From positions 564-64,563 of the forward strand of contig JAPLWQ010000001.1 in NCBI GenBank assembly GCA_026396515.1: a stretch of 64,000 nucleotides of DNA. Direction: 5' to 3'. This stretch comes from Candidatus Magasanikiibacteriota bacterium. GTDB lineage: Bacteria; Patescibacteriota; Patescibacteriia; Magasanikbacterales; GWA2-37-8. A program made the translations under genes and the position numbers. Shown here in pieces: positions 10,555 through 20,153 of this stretch. How positions within the stretch are numbered: the stretch's first letter is position 1; each line of letters begins with the position of its first letter. The notes under the pieces were generated by a model. It did not search any database. It saw only the letters and a program-made list of their open reading frames with translations, and was not told where the DNA came from.

Positions 10555-11097
10555 ATGACTCCAAATTTATACAATTATTACAAAAAGGAAGTGGTGCCGG
10601 CTCTGAAGAAGGAGTTTGGTTTTAAGAATGTGATGCAGGTACCGAAAATTACCAAAGTGGTGATAAATGTTGGAGTTGGTAAATTTCTTAAAGAGCCTAA
10701 CTTTATTGAAAATGTTGAAAAAAATCTGGCGAAGATAACCGGGCAAAAACCGGTGCGCACCAAATCAAAAAAGGCAATTTCAAATTTTAAGATACGTGAG
10801 AATATGGATATTGGCGTGGTTGTTTCATTGAGGGGTGCAAAAATGTATTACTTTTTGGAAAAATTGTTGGATATCACTTTACCGCGTACCCGCGATTTCC
10901 GCGGAATTTCAGACAAGGCCTTTGACGGCCGCGGTAACTATAGCTTGGGCTTTAAAGAAAATGTGGCATTTCCGGAAATTAAAGCGGGGGAAGCTGAAAA
11001 AACCCATGGCATGCAGATTAACATCGCCACTAACGCAAAAAATAAAGAACAGGGAAGAGCGCTGCTTATGAAATTGGGCTTTCCTTTTGTAAAATAA
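10555..11097 (+). CDS. rplE: 50S ribosomal protein L5
   Basis: VPKITKVVINVGVG, ITGQKP, LPRTRDFRG, FDGRGNY. Confidence 0.98.
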   Translation: MTPNLYNYYKKEVVPALKKEFGFKNVMQVPKITKVVINVGVGKFLKEPNFIENVEKNLAKITGQKPVRTKSKKAISNFKIRENMDIGVVVSLRGAKMYYFLEKLLDITLPRTRDFRGISDKAFDGRGNYSLGFKENVAFPEIKAGEAEKTHGMQINIATNAKNKEQGRALLMKLGFPFVK

Positions 11098-11106
11098 TAA
11101 TTGTTT

Positions 11107-11292
11107 ATGGCCACTCAATCACAAATTGCAAAGTCGAATCGTAAAGCGAAATTCTCAACCCGAATTGTTCGACGCTGTTGGAAATGCGGCCGCCAGCACG
11201 GATTTTTTAGAAAGTTTGGCTTGTGCAGAATTTGTTTCAGGGAGTTGGCCAATGACGGTAAGATTCCGGGTGTTAGAAAATCAAGCTGGTAA
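11107..11292 (+). CDS. rpsN: 30S ribosomal protein S14, zinc-binding type
   Basis: RCWKCGR...GLCRICFRE...PGVRKSSW. Confidence 0.97.
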   Translation: MATQSQIAKSNRKAKFSTRIVRRCWKCGRQHGFFRKFGLCRICFRELANDGKIPGVRKSSW

Positions 11293-11349
11293 CCCGCCCG
11301 AGTTAAATAAATATATAAATCAATACATATAAAATAAATTTACTACGCT

Positions 11350-11739
11350 ATGATGACTGATCCTATAGCCGACATGCTCACCAGAATACGCAATGCCTCA
11401 ATGGTCCGCAAAAGCGAGGCGGTTGTTCCATTTTCAAAAATTAAAATGGCTATTGCTGGTATTTTGATTCGCGAAGGATATCTGTTAAAGGCGGAATTGG
11501 TTGATGAAAAGAAACCTCAGATTGCATTATCTCTAAAATATGACGGACGCGAACCGGCTATTCATTCTATTAAGAGAATCAGCAAGCCAGGTCACCGCGC
11601 TTATGTAAAAAATAGCGACATTTCCAAAGTATTAAATGGTTTTGGTTTGGCGATTCTTTCCACGCCCAGGGGTATTATGACCGGTATTCAGGCGAAAAAG
11701 GAAAAAATTGGCGGTGAAATTTTGTGTGAGATATATTAA
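11350..11739 (+). CDS. rpsH: 30S ribosomal protein S8
   Basis: TDPIADMLTRIRNA, RISKPG, GGEILC. Confidence 0.98.
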   Translation: MMTDPIADMLTRIRNASMVRKSEAVVPFSKIKMAIAGILIREGYLLKAELVDEKKPQIALSLKYDGREPAIHSIKRISKPGHRAYVKNSDISKVLNGFGLAILSTPRGIMTGIQAKKEKIGGEILCEIY

Positions 11740-11765
11740 AATGAACCACATTAACCATAAATAGT

Positions 11766-12314
11766 ATGTCACGAATAGGTAAAAAAATTAGATTGATTCC
11801 GAATGGCGTCACAGCAGAAGTGATAAATGGCGAGCTGATAGTTAAGGGCCCAAAAGGAGAACTTCGTTTGAAATTGCATCCGAGAGTTACTGTGGCAGTG
11901 AAGGGCAGTGAACTCACTTTAACGGTAGCGAACGAAAACCTTAAAAAAGACCGTGCTCTCTGGGGCACATTTTCGAGTATTGCCGGCAATATGTTAAAGG
12001 GCGTATCCGAGGGGTATAAAAAGCAGTTGGAAATAAACGGCGTCGGCTTTAAGGTTAATATGAAAGGCGAAACGCTGGTTTTGGAAGTCGGCTATTCACA
12101 TTCGGTTGAATATGAAGAGCCGAAAGGAATAAAAATTTCTGTTGATAAAAATCTGATTACCGTTGAAGGAGCTGATAAACAGCTGGTTGGTGAAACAGCC
12201 GCTCAAATTAGAAGCATTAAAAAGCCGGAGCCATACAAGGGCAAGGGTATAAAATATATTGACGAGATTGTAAGGCGCAAGGCCGGGAAAACAGCTGCTA
12301 AAACAGCCGCCTAA
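11766..12314 (+). CDS. rplF: 50S ribosomal protein L6
   Basis: MSRIGK, KGPKGEL, PEPYKGKGI. Confidence 0.98.
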   Translation: MSRIGKKIRLIPNGVTAEVINGELIVKGPKGELRLKLHPRVTVAVKGSELTLTVANENLKKDRALWGTFSSIAGNMLKGVSEGYKKQLEINGVGFKVNMKGETLVLEVGYSHSVEYEEPKGIKISVDKNLITVEGADKQLVGETAAQIRSIKKPEPYKGKGIKYIDEIVRRKAGKTAAKTAA

Positions 12315-12337
12315 TTCTCGCAATAAATATTAATTTT

Positions 12338-12718
12338 ATGAAAAGATTGATTACTAAAACCAGAGATGAACGCCGCACCGTGCGCCATAGCCGCGTACGA
12401 GCAGTGTTGAAAGGCACTTCAGCCGTGCCGCGCTTGTCCGTATTTCGTGGTTTGAAGAGTATGACTTTGCAACTTATCGATGATGTCTCCGGCAAAACAA
12501 TTTGCCAAGCGACCACAGCCGAAGTGAAAAAAAGCAAGGTAAAACTGGAAGGCCGTTCCGCAAAAGTAGCTGAGGCTTTTTTGGCCGGCAAGTTGCTCGC
12601 GGAAAAATCGAAAGACAAAAAAATTACCCGAATCGTATTTGATCGCGGCGGATATAAATATCACGGCCGGGTTGCGGCAGCGGCAGAAGGCGCCCGTGAA
12701 GGCGGTTTATCTTTTTAA
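12338..12718 (+). CDS. rplR: 50S ribosomal protein L18
   Basis: PRLSVFR, FDRGGYKYHGRV. Confidence 0.98.
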   Translation: MKRLITKTRDERRTVRHSRVRAVLKGTSAVPRLSVFRGLKSMTLQLIDDVSGKTICQATTAEVKKSKVKLEGRSAKVAEAFLAGKLLAEKSKDKKITRIVFDRGGYKYHGRVAAAAEGAREGGLSF

Positions 12719-12748
12719 TCATAATATTTTCCATAAACACAACGCAAT

Positions 12749-13291
12749 ATGAAGCCCACGCGTAGAAAAGACAATAGAGGAAAGGAAGAGCGCAAGGAAT
12801 TTGACCAATACATTCTTGATCTTGCCCGCGTCACCCGCGTCACTGAAGGTGGAAAGCATTTGAGTTTTCGTGCCTGTGTTATCTTGGGAGACCGCGCCGG
12901 ACGCGTGGGTTTTGGCATTGCCAAGGGTAAAGACGTCCAAATTGGTGTTGAAAAAGCAGCCCGGCAGGCTAAGAAAAATATTATCCATGTGCCGATTGTA
13001 AAAGAAACAATTCCTCACGCAGTACTGGCCAAGTTTAAAGCGGCCAGGGTGCTTCTCAAACCGGCCCCGATCGGTTCCGGTATTATTGCCGGCGGTGCTG
13101 TGCGCGTAGTGCTTGATCTCGCCGGCATTCCGAATGTATCGTCAAAAATTTTATCAAAAACAAAAAATAAAATTGTGATTGTTAAGGCTACTTTTGTTGC
13201 TCTCCAAAGTTTTAAGAAGAGCTCGAAGACGGCGGCTGCAGCGGTTAAACCGGCTGAAGTAAAGCCGGTGGTGGCGGAAGAAAATAAATAA
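12749..13291 (+). CDS. rpsE: 30S ribosomal protein S5
   Basis: RVTRVTEGGK, LKPAPIGSGIIAGG. Confidence 0.98.
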   Translation: MKPTRRKDNRGKEERKEFDQYILDLARVTRVTEGGKHLSFRACVILGDRAGRVGFGIAKGKDVQIGVEKAARQAKKNIIHVPIVKETIPHAVLAKFKAARVLLKPAPIGSGIIAGGAVRVVLDLAGIPNVSSKILSKTKNKIVIVKATFVALQSFKKSSKTAAAAVKPAEVKPVVAEENK

Positions 13292-13300
13292 GACGAATAT

Positions 13301-13741
13301 ATGAAATTAGCAGTTCATACAATTAAGCCGGCGAAAGGATCTAAGCATACGTCAAAACGCATCGGCCGCGGCAATGCTTCGGGACACGGCACTTATTCCA
13401 CCCGCGGCGGCAAGGGTCAAACGGCCAGAGCCGGTGGCAGCCATCGGCTGCGTTTGAAAGCTTTTAAACGCATGATGCAGTCAACGCCGAAATTGCGCGG
13501 TTTTAAGAGCCATTTCAACAGACCTGCTGAAGTTTACCTTTCAGATTTAGAAAAATATTTTGATAATGGCGCTGTGGTAAATTTGGCCGCTTTGAAAGAA
13601 AAGAAAATTATTAACGCACGCGATTTGACCGCTAAGATTTTACTCAAAGGCGTACTGGAAAAGAAACTGGTTATTGAAGGTGTCTCTTGCACAAAGGCGG
13701 CAAAAGCGGCGATTGAAAAAGCGGGTGGGGAAGTCAAATAA
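13301..13741 (+). CDS. rplO: 50S ribosomal protein L15
   Basis: RIGRGNASGHG, RGGKGQTAR, AIEKAGG. Confidence 0.97.
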   Translation: MKLAVHTIKPAKGSKHTSKRIGRGNASGHGTYSTRGGKGQTARAGGSHRLRLKAFKRMMQSTPKLRGFKSHFNRPAEVYLSDLEKYFDNGAVVNLAALKEKKIINARDLTAKILLKGVLEKKLVIEGVSCTKAAKAAIEKAGGEVK

Positions 13742-13806
13742 TCATTGTTAAACGAAGATATTGCTGGTATATTACCGATGAAGCCGGCTAAGCATATAAT
13801 GAATAT

Positions 13807-15084
13807 ATGTGGGAAAAAATTCAACAAGTCTGGAAAATTAAAGACATTAGAAAGAATGTTTTAATCGTTCTCGGTCTTTTGGTGATATATCGTCTTGTTG
13901 CCCATATTCCGGTGCCGGGCGTTAATGTACAAGGTTTGCGTGATTTTTTGTCCGGTCAGCAGGTGTTTCAATTGCTTGACGTGTTTTCCGGCGGAACAGT
14001 AAAGAATTTTTCCCTGATCATGCTTGGTGTCGCTCCATACATTACCTCGTCAATTATTTTTCAATTGTTGGCCATGATTGTGCCAAAATTGGAAGAAATG
14101 CAAAAAGAAGGGGAATCGGGACAGGCCAAGATAAATATGTATACCCGCTGGCTGACGGTGCCTTTGGCTTTTTTGCAGTCGTTTGCCATGGTTAAATTTT
14201 TAGCGAATTCTTCACGCGATATTCTTCCGACAAATCTGTCCGGTTTGGATATGTTTACTATCATTGTGAGCATTACCGCCGGAACGATGTTCCTCGTTTG
14301 GATCGGAGAATTGATTTCCGAACGAAAAGTCGGTAATGGCATTTCGCTTTTAATCTTTTCAGGTATCGTGGCATCGTTACCGTCTGCCATTGGGCGAGCA
14401 GTGGTAAATTACACTTCGGCTGATTTTTATACTTTCTTAATGTTTGGCCTTATCGCCATCGCCACTGTGGTAGGCGTAGTGTTTATCAATGAAGGCCAGC
14501 GCCAGATTCCGGTAAATTATGCCAAGCAAGTGCGCGGCTCGCGCGTTTTTGGCGGTGGGTCCACCCACTTGCCTCTTCGTGTCAATATGGCCGGCGTAAT
14601 CCCGATTATCTTCGCCATTTCACTGGTGGTTATTCCGCCAATGGTCGCGCAATTTTTTGTATCTGCAAAGGCGGAGTGGCTTAAAGATGGAGCCGCGTTT
14701 ATTATAAGATTATTTAACAATCAGGCGTTTTACGGCATTTCGTATTTTTTATTGGTTTTTGGATTTACATTTTTTTATACCTCGGTAATTTTTCATCCGC
14801 AAAAAATTGCGGAGAACCTTCAAAAAAATGGCGGGTTTGTTCCAGGCATCCGGCCGGGTAAGGAAACAGAAAGTTATCTGGCGGCGATTGTCAGCCGTAT
14901 AAATTTGATCGGCGCGAGCTTTTTGGGCTTGATTGCAGTACTACCGCTTTTACTTCGGTCAGTTAGCGGATCGCAGGTTTTAACGATCGGCGGCACGTCG
15001 CTTCTTATCGTTGTGTCTGTGGCGATTGAAACAGCCAAACAGCTCGAATCTCAGCTTACCATGCACGAATACGATCATATATAA
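13807..15084 (+). CDS. secY: Preprotein translocase SecY
   Basis: LGVAPYITSSII, GNGISLLIF, GVIPIIFA, PGIRPG, GGTSLLIVV; multiple TM segments. Confidence 0.99.
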   Translation: MWEKIQQVWKIKDIRKNVLIVLGLLVIYRLVAHIPVPGVNVQGLRDFLSGQQVFQLLDVFSGGTVKNFSLIMLGVAPYITSSIIFQLLAMIVPKLEEMQKEGESGQAKINMYTRWLTVPLAFLQSFAMVKFLANSSRDILPTNLSGLDMFTIIVSITAGTMFLVWIGELISERKVGNGISLLIFSGIVASLPSAIGRAVVNYTSADFYTFLMFGLIAIATVVGVVFINEGQRQIPVNYAKQVRGSRVFGGGSTHLPLRVNMAGVIPIIFAISLVVIPPMVAQFFVSAKAEWLKDGAAFIIRLFNNQAFYGISYFLLVFGFTFFYTSVIFHPQKIAENLQKNGGFVPGIRPGKETESYLAAIVSRINLIGASFLGLIAVLPLLLRSVSGSQVLTIGGTSLLIVVSVAIETAKQLESQLTMHEYDHI

Positions 15085-15096
15085 AAGATTATTGAG

Positions 15097-15132
15097 ATGC
15101 TCCGGCACAATATTTGGCCGGAGCATTTTTTT
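15097..15132 (+). terminator. Terminator after secY
   Basis: ATGCTCCGGC/GCCGGAGCAT + T run. Confidence 0.8.
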
Positions 15133-15231
15133 ATACAAATTCGTGACATTAATTATGGCAATATTGAATAAATCCCGCATATTTGATATAATAATTACGC
15201 TCAAAATTTGGCTAATTTTAAAGATAAAATA

Positions 15232-15903
15232 ATGAAAAAAATACTATTTTTTGTCGGTCCTCCCGGCTCAGGAAAAGGCACTCAGGCAAAGAAAATTGCG
15301 GAAAAATATCATTATCGGCATGTCTCTACCGGTGACATGATTCGTTCTATAGCGATTGATCCGGATGCCACACCGGAAGAAAAACAAATTCTTCACGATG
15401 TTAACTTTGCCGGCCAGCTGGCGCCCGACTGGTTTATTTGCGGGCTTGTTTTCAGGGCGGTAGAAAAGTTTATCAAAGAAAGAAATTATCACGGTATTGT
15501 TTTTGACGGAGCGGTGCGCACTTTAGAGCAAGCGGAGAGAATAAACCAATATTTGGAAACAAAGGATTTGAACCGTGACACCACTGCCGTCGCAATAGTG
15601 ATCAGCGATGAAGAATCATTTAACCGGTTAACTAAAAGGCGGATTTGCGGCGAATGCAGGGAAATTATTCCATGGCTTAAGGAGACAATGAAGTTGAACG
15701 AATGTCCAAAATGCGGGGGGGCGCTAAAATCAAGGCCGGATGATAAAGAAGAGACTATTAAAGCCCGTATAATTGAACAGGGTAACAGAGCTTTGGCTCC
15801 GATACTTGATTATTATTCGAGATTAGGCATTGTGAAGATTATAGATGGCGAACAAAAAATTGAGAAGGTCGCCGGGGAAGTTGAAAAAGCGGTGGTAAAA
15901 TAG
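15232..15903 (+). CDS. adk: Adenylate kinase with Zn-type LID
   Basis: GPPGSGKGTQA, STGDMIR, CGEC...CPKC, RPDD. Confidence 0.95.
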   Translation: MKKILFFVGPPGSGKGTQAKKIAEKYHYRHVSTGDMIRSIAIDPDATPEEKQILHDVNFAGQLAPDWFICGLVFRAVEKFIKERNYHGIVFDGAVRTLEQAERINQYLETKDLNRDTTAVAIVISDEESFNRLTKRRICGECREIIPWLKETMKLNECPKCGGALKSRPDDKEETIKARIIEQGNRALAPILDYYSRLGIVKIIDGEQKIEKVAGEVEKAVVK

Positions 15904-15908
15904 TAAAT

Positions 15909-16709
15909 ATGTTAATCAAGAAGCCGGCAGATATTCGAACACTGAAAAAAGGCGGAAAAATTCTCGGCCGTATTTTATCGGACCTGGTAAAAATGTGTAA
16001 ACCCGGCATCTCTACCTGGGAGATAGATCGCGCCGCTGAAGAAATGATTATTAAGGCCGGGGGGCAACCGGCTTTTAAGTACTATAAAAATCATCCGACT
16101 GAGCCGCCGTTTCCGGCCACAATCTGTGCCTCATTCAACGAGGAGATTGTGCATGGAATTCCAAAAAAAGACTTATTGCTGAAAAATGGAGATTTGTTCA
16201 GTATTGATGTCGGCATGGAATATCCGATCGGTAAAAGGACAGTGAGTATGTTTACTGATACGGCAATTACCGTGGTGGTAGGCAAAACAGCAAGGAAAAA
16301 TTACGATTTATTGAACGTCACCTCGCAGGCTCTTGAGGTTGGCATAGAGGCGGTGAAACCTGGTGTAAGCATTTCAGAGATTGGCAGGGCGATAGAGAAT
16401 TACGTAAAATCGCAAGGGAAATATGGTATTATCCGCGACTTATCGGGTCATGGGGTTGGTTATGCCGTTCATGAAGAACCCTGGATACCCAATTATTATG
16501 ATAAGCGTTTGGATAGTTTTATTGTGAAGCCGGGAATGGTGCTCGCTCTTGAGCCAATGATAACGTTGGGCGGTTGGCGGATTGTGACCGCGCCGGACGG
16601 ATGGACGATAAAAACCGCGGACAATTCTCTTTGTGCGCATTTTGAACATACGGTTGTGGTCACGGAAAAAGGCTGCGAAGTTATCACACGAAGACCGGAG
16701 GAAATTTAA
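15909..16709 (+). CDS. map: Methionine aminopeptidase type I
   Basis: HGIP, SIDVG, GHGVG..VHEEP, ALEPM, AHFEHT. Confidence 0.97.
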   Translation: MLIKKPADIRTLKKGGKILGRILSDLVKMCKPGISTWEIDRAAEEMIIKAGGQPAFKYYKNHPTEPPFPATICASFNEEIVHGIPKKDLLLKNGDLFSIDVGMEYPIGKRTVSMFTDTAITVVVGKTARKNYDLLNVTSQALEVGIEAVKPGVSISEIGRAIENYVKSQGKYGIIRDLSGHGVGYAVHEEPWIPNYYDKRLDSFIVKPGMVLALEPMITLGGWRIVTAPDGWTIKTADNSLCAHFEHTVVVTEKGCEVITRRPEEI

Positions 16710-16720
16710 CTGTTTATTCT

Positions 16721-16856
16721 GTCGCTCGCCGAATCGGATATTTGTTCAGACACGGGTCTCCTCGCCAGCGGGCTCGTCGCCCTAACGCTCACTCCGGCTA
16801 TGATGCCGTCGCTCCGCGGTTGTCTTCAACAAAAATCCGATTCGCCTCGCTATCCC
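16721..16856. repeat. Long imperfect palindromic (REP/MITE-like) element
   Basis: Arms CGAATCGGATATTTGTTCAGACA (16730-16752) and TGTCTTCAACAAAAATCCGATTCG (16821-16844) around a GC-rich CTCGC-rich core. Confidence 0.6.
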
Positions 16857-16882
16857 ATTTATTTCCCTCACCCATTTCGATT

Positions 16883-17251
16883 ATGAACATATTAGCCATA
16901 GATTACGGAACAAAAAATATCGGTTTGGCCTGGTGCAATACCGGTATTGGAGTTGCACTGCCTTTTGGCGCGGCAAAAAATATCGGTGAAATAATAAAAA
17001 TAGTTAGCGATGAAAAAATTGATAAAGTTATTATCGGACTGCCGGTCGGGATCAACGGCAAGGAAAATATGAATACCGAGCGAGTTAGAAAATTCGGTAA
17101 TGATATTAAGCTGGCAACCGAAGTAGAAGTTGAATTTTCTGATGAAAGATTTAGCTCGCAAGCGGCTGACAGAATGGGAGCCGGCGTGAGCCGGGATGAA
17201 AAATCGGCCTTGATTATATTGGATGACTGGTTAAATGCAGCCAAAAAATAA
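16883..17251 (+). CDS. ruvX: RuvX/YqgF pre-16S rRNA nuclease
   Basis: ILAIDYGTKNIGLA, IIGLP, DERFSS, DEKSALIIL; real start at M48 of the ORF-track call. Confidence 0.93.
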   Translation: MNILAIDYGTKNIGLAWCNTGIGVALPFGAAKNIGEIIKIVSDEKIDKVIIGLPVGINGKENMNTERVRKFGNDIKLATEVEVEFSDERFSSQAADRMGAGVSRDEKSALIILDDWLNAAKK

Positions 17252-17252
17252 T

Positions 17253-17972
17253 ATGCAGGCAATTGTGCTAAAACGGGCAGGTTTTAGGGAATCAGATCAG
17301 ATTGTCACCCTTTTAACATTAGAAAAAGGCAAAGTTACGGCGCTTGCCCGCGGAGTGAAGAAGATTGCCAGCAAGAATTCGGCTTACTTAGAGCCGTTTT
17401 TTTTGATTGAGGCGGAATTGATACCGGGAAAAAATATTAATCACATTACAAAAGTTGTCGGTTTGAACAGTTTTAAAAATATCAGATCTGATTTACAAAA
17501 ATGTATTTTAGCTCAAAAGGCCGTTTCTATGGTAGATAAGTTAATTGAGGAAAATGAACGTGATGCGCCGGTATTCTCATTGCTGCTAAACTGGCTTGAG
17601 ACAGTGAACGAGAAAGATTATGGACGAGGATATTTTTTTGGTTTTGTCGCCAAGTTATTCAAAATTCTTGGATTTTCGCCGGTTCTTGATAAATGCATTG
17701 CATGCGGCAAGATAGTGCCAAAAGAGCAAAAAAATTCGTTCTATGTTTTTTCACCAAAAGATGGCGGTTTAAAATGTGCTGTTTGCAGGCAAAAAAATGA
17801 TGAGGCCTCAGCGGTAAAGTTTAGCATGCCGGATAGGGAGGTTTGGCTAATGTTTCTTAGTAATATTCCTGATCAATGGCCGGGGAAAATATCGCGCGCT
17901 ATGGAATCATCAATCTGGTCTTTTGCTGAATATCATATTGGGAAAAAACTTGCTAAAATTAGCGAAATTTGA
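17253..17972 (+). CDS. recO: DNA repair protein RecO
   Basis: AIVLK...[19 protein letters not shown]; CIACG...CAVC zinc finger. Confidence 0.93.
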   Translation: MQAIVLKRAGFRESDQIVTLLTLEKGKVTALARGVKKIASKNSAYLEPFFLIEAELIPGKNINHITKVVGLNSFKNIRSDLQKCILAQKAVSMVDKLIEENERDAPVFSLLLNWLETVNEKDYGRGYFFGFVAKLFKILGFSPVLDKCIACGKIVPKEQKNSFYVFSPKDGGLKCAVCRQKNDEASAVKFSMPDREVWLMFLSNIPDQWPGKISRAMESSIWSFAEYHIGKKLAKISEI

Positions 17973-18003
17973 TACAATTTTTTGGTACTTATTTTCGAAA
18001 TAT

Positions 18004-19296
18004 ATGAATATTTTAACAAAAGATTTATCCGGACATGTTGGTGAAACAATTACCATAAAAGGCTGGCTTTACAATAAGCGCTCATCCGGGCCGATTTCTT
18101 TTTTGGAGTTACGCGACGGCTATGGTTTTGTTCAGGGCGTGGTGGTGCAAAAAGACGCCAGTGAAGCCGTTTGGCAGGCGGCCGAGTCGGTTACTCAGGA
18201 ATCATCGGTTGAGGCGACCGGTGTGGTGACGAAGCATCCCAAGAAGGAAAATGTGTTTGAATTACAGATTAAGGATCTTAAAATTTTACAATTGGCTCAC
18301 GATTATCCGATCGCCAATAAAGAACACGGTCCGGATTTTCTTATGGACAATCGGCATCTTTGGCTCCGGAGCAGTAAGCAATGGGCGATAATGCGGGTGC
18401 GTGACGCTATTATTACGGCGATTAACGAATATTTGCACCAAGAAAATTTTATCAGAGTAGATTCTCCGATTTTTACGCCCAATGCCTGTGAGGGCACGAC
18501 CACTCTTTTTCCAGTGCCATATTTTGATTTGGGCACGGCCTATCTTTCGCAATCCGGACAGTTGTATAGCGAGGCGGCGATAATGTCAGTCGGCCGCTGT
18601 TATGATTTCGGCCCGGTTTTCCGCGCCGAAAAAAGCAAAACCAAACGGCATCTGACCGAATTTTGGATGATGGACGCGGAAGCGGCTTTTGTGGAACATG
18701 ATGAGAATTTGAAAATTCAGGAAGGGCTGGTGCGTTATATTGTTCGTTATTGTCTGGAACGCTGTAAAGAGGAATTAATAATTTTGGAACGGAATACTGA
18801 AAGATTAAAAAAGGCCGACGCGCCGTTTACCCGATATACTTACGACGAGGCGATTAAAAAATTAAATGCCATGGGCTCTGATATAAAATACGGTGATGAT
18901 CTGGGTAATGATGACGAGGGGCTGTTGACTAAAGACAGCGAGGTGCCGGTGTTTATTGAAAAGTGGCCAAAGACAATCAAACCGTTTTATATGAAGCGCG
19001 ATGTCAACAACCCGGATTTGGTTTGCAATGATGATTTGATTGCGACCGATGGCGGGGGCGAACTGATTGGCGGATCCCAGCGCGAGGATGACGCGGAGTT
19101 ATTGTTTGAGAGAATTAAAGTCGAGGGATTGAATGTAGAAGATTATCAATGGTATCTGGATTTGCGAAAATATGGCAGTGTGCCACATTCTGGTTTCGGT
19201 ATTGGCCTTGAGCGGACTGTGCGCTGGATTTGTGGGGTTGAACACGTGCGCGAGACCATCGCTTTTCCCAGAACGATTGGACGATTGAAACCATAG
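18004..19296 (+). CDS. asnS: Asparagine--tRNA ligase
   Basis: OB-fold [54 protein letters not shown]. Confidence 0.96.
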   Translation: MNILTKDLSGHVGETITIKGWLYNKRSSGPISFLELRDGYGFVQGVVVQKDASEAVWQAAESVTQESSVEATGVVTKHPKKENVFELQIKDLKILQLAHDYPIANKEHGPDFLMDNRHLWLRSSKQWAIMRVRDAIITAINEYLHQENFIRVDSPIFTPNACEGTTTLFPVPYFDLGTAYLSQSGQLYSEAAIMSVGRCYDFGPVFRAEKSKTKRHLTEFWMMDAEAAFVEHDENLKIQEGLVRYIVRYCLERCKEELIILERNTERLKKADAPFTRYTYDEAIKKLNAMGSDIKYGDDLGNDDEGLLTKDSEVPVFIEKWPKTIKPFYMKRDVNNPDLVCNDDLIATDGGGELIGGSQREDDAELLFERIKVEGLNVEDYQWYLDLRKYGSVPHSGFGIGLERTVRWICGVEHVRETIAFPRTIGRLKP

Positions 19297-19320
19297 ATGC
19301 CGCAAGATTTGTTTAATTAT

Positions 19321-19387
19321 AAAAAATTCCGCCATTAGTCGGCGGGATTTTTTTGTTAAAAAAAGGCCGCGCTAGGTGAGCGCGACC
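19321..19387. terminator. Two back-to-back terminators (asnS and the convergent gene)
   Basis: AATTCCGCC/GGCGGGATT+T run on +; GGTCGCGCT/AGCGCGGCC+T7 on -. Confidence 0.7.
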
Positions 19388-19419
19388 GTGAGAAAAGATC
19401 GTAGTTGGTCATTGAATTT

Positions 19420-20055
19420 CTAAACGAGGCTACTCTTGCGGAAAGGGGGGATGCCTAATTCGTTGCGGCGGCGCCTGACCAGGCGTACCGGCACGTTGGC
19501 GGCGCTTGCAATTGCGGTGTCCGGCAGTTGGCCGAAAAATGGTTCAAGCTTATCTACCTCGCTCGGTTTTTCCGGATGCTGATATTCGATGCCGATTTTC
19601 TTGAAGGCGGCGCCGATACTGCCGAAATGGAAAACGGCCGAGTAGAAGATGGCGCCATGCTCTCTCCGCAGTTCCTCTTTGGTCAGGCTGGGAGAGACAT
19701 CCTGTAACTGTTCAAGCGTTTGCGTGGAACAGTAAAAGTGGTAGCTGATGCGGCCGCCAGATGCGGTTAAGGCCGTGAGTTCAGGCTGAAAACGGTAATT
19801 GCAGACCGGGCACTTTGTGGTGTAATCGAACGGATCGCTCGTGAAGCCCTTGATGATTTCCGCCGGCGTGAGCCGATGCTCGCACCGCGGGCAGACTCCG
19901 TTTGGGTGGTAGTCGCCACCGGTGAGTTGACGGAGCATTTGCTGTTGCCTTCCGATCATGATCTCGAGACAGGCAAGGCTTTGAACCATGGTCAGCCGCT
20001 GTTCCAAGCGCTGTGTCAGTCCCTGCCTCAAACTTGGTCCGAGTCTCATCTCCAT
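19420..20055 (-). CDS. Zn-ribbon + C-terminal HTH protein with sigma54-like termini
   Basis: Start at M26 of the ORF track (GAAAGGAA SD); CPRC...CPVC; C-terminal LPDTAIASAANVPVRLVRRRRNELGIP. Confidence 0.8.
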   Translation of the reverse strand: MEMRLGPSLRQGLTQRLEQRLTMVQSLACLEIMIGRQQQMLRQLTGGDYHPNGVCPRCEHRLTPAEIIKGFTSDPFDYTTKCPVCNYRFQPELTALTASGGRISYHFYCSTQTLEQLQDVSPSLTKEELRREHGAIFYSAVFHFGSIGAAFKKIGIEYQHPEKPSEVDKLEPFFGQLPDTAIASAANVPVRLVRRRRNELGIPPFRKSSLV

Positions 20056-20120
20056 TGTATTTCCTTTCTCGTTTTCCGCACTAATTGCGGTTGGTTTGTA
20101 ATGAACGTACTTGATAGAAA

Positions 20121-20149
20121 ATCTTAGCAAATTATAGGTGTATTGTCAA
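20121..20149 (-). promoter_or_regulatory. Promoter of the 19420-20055 gene
   Basis: TTGACA-17bp-TAAGAT with TG extension. Confidence 0.65.
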
Positions 20150-20153
20150 CACC

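Noticed and set aside
16742-16882. N-terminal extension of RuvX in the ORF track
   Set aside because: It is the translated palindromic element; the family motif starts at ATG 16883.
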